NCBI GenBank assembly: GCA_938084645.1
Contig: CALKEP010000008.1
Coordinates: forward strand, 1-64,000
DNA: 64,000 nt
Direction: 5' to 3'
From: an uncultured Phycisphaerales bacterium
Lineage (GTDB): Bacteria > Planctomycetota > Phycisphaerae > Phycisphaerales > SM1A02
A program made the position numbers and the translations under genes. Shown in pieces: positions 18,798 to 28,000 of this stretch; position 1 is the stretch's first letter, and every line of letters starts with the position of its first letter. The notes under the pieces are model-generated. The model was not told the DNA's origin and did not search any database. It saw only the letters and a list, made by a program, of their open reading frames with translations.

Positions 18798-21137
18798 GTG
18801 CGAACCCTGCGAAACGCCATCCTCGTCCGGCTCCTCCCGACGCTGCTCGCCTGCATTCCGGTGGCCGCCGACGGGCCGGTCCGCCCGAATGACGAGTACG
18901 TGGTGATGGCGAGCCATCGCTGTCGGGCGACCGACGGCTGGCGGCAGGTGGTGGGGGCTCTGGCCGCCAAGCACGACGCGGAAATGCTCTTCTTCGACGA
19001 CTCGCCGTCGGAACTGCTGCCGGAACTTCGAGATCGGCGACCGCGCTTCATCGGGGTGGTGGCGATGCCCGACGAGGCCGGCCGGGATCGCGTCGGCGCA
19101 CTCAACCGGACCTTTCGTCGGATCATCGACGATCCATGGCTCGACGCGCGGTGGGGACTGGTGACCGGCGCCGAGTGGGCGGACGCGATGGAAGTCGTCC
19201 GGGCCACGGAGCCGTTGGTCATCCGCCGGCTCATGGCCAACACCCCGGTGCCGTTCGGCCCGGTGCCCGACGGCGTCTACTTCGATGAGGGTGTCGCGGG
19301 GCGTCGGGTGGAACGAACCGATGCCGGCGAGCCCGTCGAGGTGATGGGCGACATCGAGATCGTCGACGACTTCGTGGCGGCGTTCAACGACGCGCCGCCG
19401 GATCTCCTGGTGACCAGCGGGCGGACGAACGAGGAACGTTGGATGCTCGGTTACCTCTTCGACGGTGGTCGAGTGGTGGTCGGCGAAGAGGGTGATCTTC
19501 GCGGTCGGCTGCTCGACGAGACGGAGGTTCCGATTCGAAGTCCCGGGCCGATGGCGATGCTGGGGGCGGGAAGCTGCCTGCTCGGTTTCATTCCGGGTTC
19601 GGAGGTGCTCCCGCTCGCGTTCATCCACGATGCCGGTGCCCGCCAGATCGTCGGCTACGCCTCGACGACCTGGCATGGTGCGGGGGGCTGGGATGTCTAC
19701 CGACGTTTCCTCGACGAGCCCGGTCGTGGCACGCTTTCGGAAGCCGCCTGGCTGGCCCAGCAGGAACTCATCCGACGATTCGCCGCCGAGTATCCGGGCG
19801 TTCCCGAGGTCAGCACCGAGGGCTTCGACGAGCGCGAGGTCTTCGAGTTCCAGCTCGCCGTCGCCGACGCCACGGGCGTCGACCGTCGGGAGGATCGGTT
19901 CGAGGATCTGGCCGGCCTGCTGTGGGACCGGGATGCGATCGTGCTGCTCGGCGACCCGGCCTGGCCGGTTCGACTGGAGACGGGCTCGCTTCCGTGGACG
20001 AGCCGGATCACCCGCGCGGACGATCGTCTGGTGATCGACGTCGAAGTCCACGCCGACCTCACCGACGGCCCGACGCCGATCGTCACGCTGCCCGAGCGGG
20101 TCGTACCGGGATCGCTCGTCGAAGACGATGGTCTGGAGGTGATCGTGACCCCGGATCTGATCTTCCTGCCCGATCTCGTCGAACGAACGCCGGGGACGTC
20201 CTTCCGACTCGAGTTGGAGGCACCACTCGAACGTGGACCGGCGGCAGGGCCACGGGTCGACGACGGGACGAGGCGCCGCGTGCTCGAGCTCGTGGCACCG
20301 GGAATGCGTCCGCGACTCCGGGCCGTCCTCAAGGACGCCGGTCCGAACGAGATCGAGCTCCTCCGTGCGATCCTGGACGTGACGCCTTCCCGTCGGGAGT
20401 CGATGGTGTTTCTGATCGCCAACATGCCTCCGGCGGATCGTCGTGTGATGACCACGAACACGCTCCGGGAGACCGTCGAACTGGCGCACGACGCCTTCGA
20501 GGCATCGCCGTGGCGAACGGGCGTCCCGGCTTCGGTGTTCCGGGAGGCCGTGCTGCCCTACGCCCACATCAATGAACGGCGCGACGACTGGCGCGGTGAC
20601 TTCGTTTCGAGATTTCGCGCGGCGGCCCACGCCGCGGGGACCCAGGCCGAAGCGGTGGGATTGCTCAACCGGCTCGTCTACGAGACCTTCGACGTCACCT
20701 ATGACGCCAACAAGCGTCTGAAGAACGAACAGAGTCCGTATCAGTCGATCGACCAGCATTGCGCGAGTTGCACGGGACTCTCCATCCTGCTGGCGAACGC
20801 CTGCCGCGCCGCGGGGATACCGGCTCGAATCGCGGGAATTCCCGAGTGGCCGACGGGTGACAATCACACCTGGGTGGAGGTGTTCGATCCGATCGACGGG
20901 AAGTGGCACTGGATCGAGGCATTCGGTGGCGGCGAATACGACGAGGGCTGGTGGGTCGACAAGGTCCGGGGAATCGCGGCCGAAGATCCGGACGAAGCGC
21001 GATACCGGATCTGGGCCGCATCATGGTCGAGGCCCGTCGGCGTGCCGAATCGATTCCCCTTGTGGTGGCTCGCGGCGGACGATGATCCGATCCCCGGAGT
21101 CGACCGCACCGCGGACTACGCCGTGGCCGCCGACTGA
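18798..21137 (+). CDS. Secreted protein: N-terminal gingipain/C25-like region fused to a C-terminal transglutaminase-like domain
   Basis: Signal peptide; C-terminal ASCTGLSILLANACRAAGIPARIAG..NHTWVEV; N-terminal TSGR..W..GSCLLG (the C25 call is tentative). Confidence 0.7.
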   Translation: MRTLRNAILVRLLPTLLACIPVAADGPVRPNDEYVVMASHRCRATDGWRQVVGALAAKHDAEMLFFDDSPSELLPELRDRRPRFIGVVAMPDEAGRDRVGALNRTFRRIIDDPWLDARWGLVTGAEWADAMEVVRATEPLVIRRLMANTPVPFGPVPDGVYFDEGVAGRRVERTDAGEPVEVMGDIEIVDDFVAAFNDAPPDLLVTSGRTNEERWMLGYLFDGGRVVVGEEGDLRGRLLDETEVPIRSPGPMAMLGAGSCLLGFIPGSEVLPLAFIHDAGARQIVGYASTTWHGAGGWDVYRRFLDEPGRGTLSEAAWLAQQELIRRFAAEYPGVPEVSTEGFDEREVFEFQLAVADATGVDRREDRFEDLAGLLWDRDAIVLLGDPAWPVRLETGSLPWTSRITRADDRLVIDVEVHADLTDGPTPIVTLPERVVPGSLVEDDGLEVIVTPDLIFLPDLVERTPGTSFRLELEAPLERGPAAGPRVDDGTRRRVLELVAPGMRPRLRAVLKDAGPNEIELLRAILDVTPSRRESMVFLIANMPPADRRVMTTNTLRETVELAHDAFEASPWRTGVPASVFREAVLPYAHINERRDDWRGDFVSRFRAAAHAAGTQAEAVGLLNRLVYETFDVTYDANKRLKNEQSPYQSIDQHCASCTGLSILLANACRAAGIPARIAGIPEWPTGDNHTWVEVFDPIDGKWHWIEAFGGGEYDEGWWVDKVRGIAAEDPDEARYRIWAASWSRPVGVPNRFPLWWLAADDDPIPGVDRTADYAVAAD

Positions 21138-21153
21138 ACGCGGAGCGTGGGGC

Positions 21154-21726
21154 TCAAGGTGTCGCGATTCGTGCGAACACCGCGTGGTCGAACGAAGCCT
21201 CGCCGACCCACTCCGCGGCCCGCATCACCCCCTCGAACTGGAATCCGAGGCGTTCCGCCACCGCCCGGCTCCTCACGTTGTCGGTCCGCACCCGGATCTC
21301 GACACGGTGGAAGCCGGCCTCGAAGCAGCGGGTCGTCACGGCACGGGTGGCCGTGGTGACGTGGCCGCCTCCCTCGTCTTCGCCGTTCACCCAGTAGCCG
21401 ATGGCGATCCGACGATGGGCAGGGCTGCTGTCATGGAGTCCGATCACCCCGACGATTCGGGTTGAACCGCCTTCGTCGAGGAAGATGGCCCAGTCGCCGC
21501 TGCCGTCGCCACCCGAATCGAGATCGCGACGCCGCTTCGAGTCCTCGATGAAGGCCAGGCTGTCCTCCGTGGCGAGGGTTTTCGCCACCCACGGGAGCCA
21601 GCCGCCGAGCCGATCACGATCACGGTCCACCAGTTCGAAGATCGAATCGGCGTGAACCGCTTCCAGAGGCTCCAGGCGGCGCTTTTCGTCGATTTCGATT
21701 GGGATCACGGGCGAGACGGGGGACAT
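21154..21726 (-). CDS. GNAT N-acetyltransferase, RimJ/RimL family
   Basis: WLPWV, IGYWV..GGGHVT and NVRSRAVAERLGFQFEG. Confidence 0.9.
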   Translation of the reverse strand: MSPVSPVIPIEIDEKRRLEPLEAVHADSIFELVDRDRDRLGGWLPWVAKTLATEDSLAFIEDSKRRRDLDSGGDGSGDWAIFLDEGGSTRIVGVIGLHDSSPAHRRIAIGYWVNGEDEGGGHVTTATRAVTTRCFEAGFHRVEIRVRTDNVRSRAVAERLGFQFEGVMRAAEWVGEASFDHAVFARIATP

Positions 21727-21733
21727 TTTGCCG

Positions 21734-21741
21734 AGTATAAT
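21734..21741. promoter_or_regulatory. Overlapping bidirectional -10 elements (TATAAT on +, TATACT on -)
   Basis: AGTATAAT between the divergent GNAT gene and the small ORF. Confidence 0.65.
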
Positions 21742-21792
21742 GAGCGTCCGTTCGTCGACGCTCGACCGCCGTTTTCCAGCCCCGGAGCACCC

Positions 21793-21915
21793 ATGATTCC
21801 CGTCCTCGTCTCCAACGCGATCTGGCTCATCATCTGCTTGATCTACGCAGGCCTTCTTTTCTGGCAGGCCGGACGAGATCGTCGCAACGGTACGGGATTC
21901 GTCGAAGAGGATTGA
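21793..21915 (+). CDS. Small 40-aa single-pass membrane protein
   Basis: MIPVLVSNAIWLIICLIYAGLLFWQAGRDRRNGTGFVEED; GGAG RBS, TATAAT upstream, hairpin downstream. Confidence 0.6.
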   Translation: MIPVLVSNAIWLIICLIYAGLLFWQAGRDRRNGTGFVEED

Positions 21916-21994
21916 GTCTCGATGCATCGGCGGCCTCCGGACACGGGAGAGCCGCCGCGTCCGGCTCGCTTCAGGCAACCCATTCGACCCATCA

Positions 21995-22027
21995 GACCCT
22001 CGCTCCATGGGAGCGGGGGTCGTTTCG
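21995..22027 (+). terminator. Intrinsic terminator-like hairpin after the small ORF
   Basis: gaccctcgctcc-atg-ggagcgggggtc followed by gtttcg. Confidence 0.55.
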
Positions 22028-22142
22028 TACGTGCTGGACCGGGGTCGCGGCGACGCAGGAATTCCGGCAGGGGTGCCACGCTGCCAGCAGCCGGCATTCG
22101 ATCGGCCGGGCCACAGGCGAGGTCCGCCGTCGACCCTGCACG

Positions 22143-22276
22143 AAAAAGCCCACCCGGCGTCGGCCTGCAAGCAGGAGCGAGTACCGGGTGGGCGAGAGAG
22201 AGATCTGTGGGATGTCGAGTGCTGGACTCGTTCGAATTGCCGTTTCAGAGCCGCCATGAGGGTTTGCGAAACGTGC
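22143..22276 (-). ncRNA. Candidate small RNA (~130 nt)
   Basis: Minus-strand TACATT (22282-22287) upstream; ends in a gcccacccgg..ccgggtgggc stem plus TTTTT; no convincing ORF. Confidence 0.4.
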
Positions 22277-22696
22277 GTTCAAATGTACGGACCAAGTGTG
22301 TCTTTGGGTTCTTCGGACCGAGAAAAAAGGTCGAAGGAAGCCAAAAAAGCGACTTCGAAGTCATTGCTTCGTTCCTTCGGGGCGGCGAATGATCGCGGTT
22401 GATGCAGGAAATGCGCAGGAACTGCCGAAGCATCGTTGAATGGCGTGGATGTGGGTGCTCGCTGCTCGGCGTCGGCACGACCTCGCCTCCCACGTGCGTG
22501 CATGAGACGAGGGCCGCATCAGGCCGCGAATTCCGAAGGCCCGAACAGTCGTGCCGGAGGCTTCAGGACAATGCCATGTGTTCCCAGGACGCGGAGTTCG
22601 GCTTCAAGTCCGAGCGACCATCACAACGAACCCCACGGCGCATCGAAGGGTGGATGTTCAGTCCTGGTTGTGATCTTCGGGTGAAACGCGCTCGCG

Positions 22697-23554
22697 CTAG
22701 CCGCCGCAGGTTCCCCAGTATCCGAGCATGATGCCGAGATCGGGACTGTCGACGAAACCATTCCCATTCAGGTCCTCCGGGCAATCGCCTTCGCAGGCGC
22801 CCCAGCGTGCCAGAAGGCGTGCGAGGTCTTGGCCGTCGACCAGGCCATCCCCATTGAAGTCCGCCGGACATGCGGACTTGGAGCAGGCGATGATGCGGAT
22901 GTTGTCGATGCGGACGTCGAAGTCGGTGAACCCGAACCCCCATCCCGGTTGGTAGGTGGTGAATGCGATCTCGTCGGCACTGGCGAGCACGCTTGCGAAC
23001 GTGCGGTTCGCCGGCAATGCAGGTTCGTAGTCCGGGGGAGCCTCCCCTCCGGTTCCGCCCCATCCCTCGGGAAGTTCGCCGGAGGTGGTGTCGGTGATCG
23101 TGACCCCGAAGGTTCGCCAGTCATCCTCGGCGCCGACCCATTCGAAGAGGTACCACACCGAGACCCACAGGAGACCGGGGGGCACGTCGTCGTAGTCGCG
23201 GATCTCGAGCACCCATGGCCGAGTCACCGGAGTGCCGAAGAACTCGATCTCCTCGACCTTCAGATCGATTTCGATCGTCACCTGGTCGTGTGACAGGAGG
23301 GCCTGGTGGTGGTCGGCGTTCGTGTCGTTGTAGAACTCGATCCCGAAGTCGTTGAAGACGGTGTGCAGGTGGTGAGCCGGGTTGCCCCCGATCTTCTCGA
23401 GCTGCGTGGACCCGGTGGATCCGTTGGTACCGATCCAGCCCTGAAGCCCTTCACTGAACGTCACCACGTCCTCGTCGCAGGACTGGGCGGCGTGCGTGCC
23501 GACGGCGAGCGTCGTTGCGAGCAGGGTTCCGATCACGTGCGATATCGGCGACAT
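22697..23554 (-). CDS. Secreted beta-rich protein with C-terminal dockerin-like domain
   Basis: Signal peptide; IDNIRI beta-sandwich end; CPADFNGDGLVD..WG..CPEDLNGNG..WGTC. Confidence 0.75.
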   Translation of the reverse strand: MSPISHVIGTLLATTLAVGTHAAQSCDEDVVTFSEGLQGWIGTNGSTGSTQLEKIGGNPAHHLHTVFNDFGIEFYNDTNADHHQALLSHDQVTIEIDLKVEEIEFFGTPVTRPWVLEIRDYDDVPPGLLWVSVWYLFEWVGAEDDWRTFGVTITDTTSGELPEGWGGTGGEAPPDYEPALPANRTFASVLASADEIAFTTYQPGWGFGFTDFDVRIDNIRIIACSKSACPADFNGDGLVDGQDLARLLARWGACEGDCPEDLNGNGFVDSPDLGIMLGYWGTCGG

Positions 23555-23727
23555 GGTTTCGATTCTCCGGTGTCGAGTTCGAATGTCAATGGAGAACTCC
23601 GAGAGACTCGTGCCGAGAAGCGGAATCCGGCTCACGAAGCAACTTCCCACCACCAACGAGACAGCATCCAGCCCCTCGGCGCTTCGCGGGGTGGTGTCTC
23701 TTCCCGGCCCTGGTGTTCGAGTCAAAA

Positions 23728-23801
23728 CACCCCCGAGAGGACTCGAACCTCTGACCTTCGCTTTAGGAAAGCGGCGCTCTATCCAGCTGAGCTACGGGGG
23801 C
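23728..23801 (-). tRNA. tRNA-Arg (anticodon CCT)
   Basis: Acceptor GCCCCCG/CGGGGGT, TAGCTCAG..GG D-arm, loop TTCCTAA, GGTTCGAGTCC T-arm; CCA not encoded. Confidence 0.93.
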
Positions 23802-23919
23802 AGTCTTCGGCATCATAGTGCTTTCACGTGGCTCATCCTCGGGCGGGAGCGACCGTTGCGGAACGGGTTCCCGTATCCCGGAATTGGCGCCGCGGGGCCT
23901 TCATCGATACGCTCAGGCG

Positions 23920-24978
23920 ATGCCGAGCCCCTTCCCTCGATGTGATGTCGTCGCGGTCTCCACGATCTCCAGGATCTCCGTGGTGCTGCTGATCCCGTCC
24001 CTGCTCGCGTGCATCGCGCTCGCCGGACTCGCTCGAGCGGAGGCCGTCGGTGGGACTCCGACGCAGGAGGCGACTTCACCGTCGGCCCCGCGCTTCGAAG
24101 TCGTGGTGCTGGGGCGGGCCCAGGATGGTGGTCTGCCGCATCTCGGTTGCGAGCGATCCTGCTGCGTCAACGCCCGGAAGTCCGGGCGACTCGAAACGCC
24201 GGCCTGCCTCGGCGTCCGCGACCTCCAGACCGACGGGCTGTTGCTGCTCGAAGCCACGCCGCGCATCGAACATCAGGTGGGGTTGCTGCATGGCATCGCG
24301 GGCACCAACGGTCGGCCGCGCCGGCCGGTCGACGGCATCCTGCTCACGCATGCGCACATCGGACACTACGCGGGCCTCATCCAGCTCGGACGCGAGGTCG
24401 CATCGACCACGGCGACGCCGGTGTGGGCCACACCTCGCTTCTGCGAGTACCTGCGAACCAACGGACCGTGGTCGCAACTCGTCGAACTCGATCAGATCTC
24501 GCTCCGGGAGATCACGCCGGGAACCACGGACGGCGAGGTGGCACCCACGTCGTTCGAGCCGCTTCCCGGGCTGCAGGTGGATGCATTCATCGTCCCCCAC
24601 CGCGATGAGTTCAGCGACACCGTCGCCTACAAGCTTCGCGGCCCGGCGAAGACCGTGCTCTTCTGCCCCGACGTCGATCGATGGGACGCGCACGAGGGGC
24701 TCCTCGAGAAGCTGCTCGAAGGGGTCGACGTGGCCTACGTGGACGCGACCTTCTACGACGGTCGGGAGCTGCCGGGCCGGAACATCCTCGAGGTGCCGCA
24801 TCCGCCGATGATCCGAACGATGGAGCTGCTCGAGGCGGTGGGGCGGAAGACTCCGGGACGGGTCCGCTTCATCCATCTCAACCACACCAACCCGGCGCTG
24901 AACGACCTCGATCTCCAGGACGAGATTCGTGGTCGTGGTTTTCCGGTCGCGGAGGTCGGCGAGCGGGTCGGCATCTGA
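23920..24978 (+). CDS. Metallo-beta-lactamase-fold hydrolase, PqqB-like
   Basis: VLGRAQDGGLPHLGC..CC, LTHAHIGHY, PHRDEFSDT and IHLNHTNP. Confidence 0.8.
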   Translation: MPSPFPRCDVVAVSTISRISVVLLIPSLLACIALAGLARAEAVGGTPTQEATSPSAPRFEVVVLGRAQDGGLPHLGCERSCCVNARKSGRLETPACLGVRDLQTDGLLLLEATPRIEHQVGLLHGIAGTNGRPRRPVDGILLTHAHIGHYAGLIQLGREVASTTATPVWATPRFCEYLRTNGPWSQLVELDQISLREITPGTTDGEVAPTSFEPLPGLQVDAFIVPHRDEFSDTVAYKLRGPAKTVLFCPDVDRWDAHEGLLEKLLEGVDVAYVDATFYDGRELPGRNILEVPHPPMIRTMELLEAVGRKTPGRVRFIHLNHTNPALNDLDLQDEIRGRGFPVAEVGERVGI

Positions 24979-25033
24979 TCACCGGCCCCGGCGAAGCGAG
25001 GGCGACGTCGCGTCGTGGTGAACAGGCGTCGGT

Positions 25034-28000
25034 TCAACGACCGGCTTCGATCCGCGTCCGGGTGGATTCGAGGAGTCGAGCGGCATGCTCGTCTCGTCGA
25101 TCCCCACCGGGAATCGGCTCGAGCGTCTCCCCGTCACGGGTGAAGCGATCGCGGTCCTTGCACCAGCCATGGGTGTCGAGGATCCAGTGGAGCGTCTCCG
25201 CGTCCGAAGGTGCGTCGAACACGAGTTCGACACCCTCGCCGGGCCCGATCGTCACCACGGCACCGTCCGCAACGGAGAGCAGGGGCAGCACGTCGCCGAA
25301 GGCGGTGTATCGACCGCGCTGGTGTCGAACGTCCCACAGTGGGACGCGGTCGGTCCAGTCGTAGTCGGGGCGTCGCTGCGGCGCGTCGAGCCGCTTCGGG
25401 AAACCGATGGCCGAGAAGGTCGCCCCGCTGGGCGGCACCGTGACCCGCTTCGCCTCGGCGGGGGCGGGTTCACCGATCACGACCCGAAGTCGATCCCAGT
25501 AGATCTCCTGGTTCGTACTCAGTCGAAGGGCGTCGCACCCGTCGGGGATTCCGTCGAGTGGGAACGCCGAGGTTCGCGGCATCCCCGCGGGATAGCCGAA
25601 CTGCTCCTGCACGACCCGCCAGACGCCGTCTGCGCCGCGCGCCTCGAGCGTCGGTGCTTCGTAGGCGGCCTCGGCCTGCCAGGCCGCGAACATGGTCTGG
25701 GCATACGGGTACTCGACCCAGCCGTCCATGAGCAGCCAGGGACGGCGGTCGTCGGTGGCCGTGGGAATCGGCGCGTCGAACTCGAGTTCCACCACGTGGT
25801 GCTCCGCGAGACGCCCGATGAACCGATGGTCGAGGGCGGGGATCGGGGCCGCCTCGAAGTCGTCGAGGCGGACCGACGCCAGCACGTCCTCGCCACGGTG
25901 ATTGGTCGCCTTGATGGGATCGATCGTGGTCCGGTAGAGGATCGGCGCCCCGGTGGCGGGTGGTCCGAGGATCGCGAGTCGTTCATCGATTGCGAGCGAC
26001 CAGCCGTCGGGCAGCGACCAGCCCACGAGTGTCGCCGCATCGAGATAGCAGACCTCCTCCATCGGCTCGCAGAGGACGAGTCGGAGCCGCCCCTCGGCAT
26101 CGGGCGCGAGGGCGTTCGCGGGCATCGGGAACCGTTCGAACGGTCGGGGATCGCTGTAGACCCCGGGTTCGAGGAGATAGCCGACGCCACCCACGCCGAG
26201 CACGTCGCTCACGAAACGAAAGTCCTCGCCGTCGTGGGTGAACAGCACCGGGCACGAGGAGACCTGTCGTTGCGTCTCCACGATCCGGTCGACGCTTCCG
26301 GCGGCGAGGGACGGCCCCGGCGTCGTCGCGTCACCGAGTCCTGGGACCTCGCCCTGGAAGAGGCCGTCGGGCCAGTCGACGAGGAGATACGAGATGGCCG
26401 GCGCGCCGCCGAGTCCGAACGGGACCGGCTGTCGCGACTGTCCCGGACCGGCGTCCGGGGGGAGATTCGCGGTGATCGTCCACGCGTCGTCGATCCGGGC
26501 CGCGAGAATCGCGCCGAGGCCGTCGGGATTCGATCGGATCGACTGCGTCGGATCGTCGCCGCCCGCGAGCTCGACCGCGGTGAAGTCGAACCGACCGGGA
26601 CCGGGGGGCACCAGCGTGGGAATCGCCGTGCCGATGGTGGGAACCGAGATCGCGGAGAATCCTCGTCGGGGGTCCTCGAGGATCGGTGTCCAGTTCGCGG
26701 TGTCGTCCAGCCCGAGGGTCGAATTCGTGACGATCTCGAATCGACCGTCGCCGTCGGGGTCGAGCATCGCGAGATTCGCCGGCGGGGCGTCGAAGGAGTG
26801 GAGGACGGTCGAGTCGAAGATGCCCGCCTCGTCTCGCGCCCAGCGGTGGATGTCACCCGATCGATCGCAGGTCACCAGGTCCATCACGCCGTCACCGTCG
26901 AGATCGCCGCTCGTGGCCAGCACGAGGTCCGCTTGACGGATCCGCTCGAACGCCGCGTCATCGGCGCGATAGTTCCACAAGCGATCATTGAGGAGCACGA
27001 GATGCGGGGGGGTGTCGCGGATCACGAGGAGATCGAGATCCCGGGTTCCGTCGAGATCCGCGGACAGCACGCGGACGCCGCCGGTCGCGGCGTCGAGTCC
27101 GATCGTCCCGGCGATCGAGGTGAATCCGCCATCCCGGTCGTTGTTGAGCAGGTTCGCCGGTCCATCCGCGTTGGCGAGCAGGATGTCGAGATCGCCGTCG
27201 TGATCCGCGTCCACGAAGCGGGCGTCGGTGGTGTCGTGATCGCCGTCGTCGGTGCCCGACATCCCGGTCGCATCCATCCAGTCGCCCGTCTCGCTTCGGA
27301 GAAAGAGCCGGTTCGGGCCACGACGACCGAGATAGGCGTCGGTTCGACCGTCGCCGTCCACATCCGCGAAGGCCGCGAAGCGGACGCCGTCGACTCGGGC
27401 GAGGGGATGATCCGCCACCGGGCGGTAGCCATCCTCTTCGCGGAGGAGCACGAGATTCGGCGCGTCTCCCTGAAGTGCGTCGGCGATGAAGAGGTCGAGG
27501 CTTCCATCGTCATCCAGATCCGCGATCGAGGGCACGCGTGCACCAGACGTCGTCGACCACGCCGGGGTCGCGCCGAGCACGGGCAGGGGCACGGGGGGCG
27601 ACCACGAGCCTCCCTTCGGACGGGGGACGCGAGCGACTCCCGCTCCGCCGGGCCGAGCCATCGACTTCGGGCCGAGTCGACCGTAGATCGGGCGAACGGT
27701 TCTGGCGCGGGGGTTGTCTTCCAGACGCTCGAACGTCGCAAGGGCCTCGTCCGCGACGTCGTCGTCGCCGAGTCGCGCGGCGACCGAGCCGAGTCGGTAC
27801 CAGCCGCTGCGCTGATACGGGTCGAGTTCGGTCGCCCGTCGATAGGCGGTGACGGCGGCGGCGGGATCCCGACGCTCCTGCGCGAGTCCGTAGTGGTACC
27901 AGGTGAACGGATCGGCATCATCGACGTCGAGCAGACGTCCGAGCCGCGCGGCCGCGATCTCGTCGTTCCCCGCTCGGAGATGCAGCACGGAGGAGAGGTA

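Noticed and set aside
21727..22257. N-terminal extension of the GNAT ORF
   Set aside because: Non-protein-like sequence that crosses a terminator; ATG 21726 is better supported
22325..22345. aggtcgaaggaagc resembling the SRP RNA core
   Set aside because: Lacks CAGG..GNRA..AGCAG geometry and the flanking long helix
21150..23801. Possible integrative island at the tRNA-Arg 3' end
   Set aside because: No integrase and no duplicated tRNA 3' end found, despite a locally lower-GC gap
23920..24978. PQQ biosynthesis cluster
   Set aside because: Only a PqqB-like fold; no pqqA peptide or pqqC/D/E adjacent
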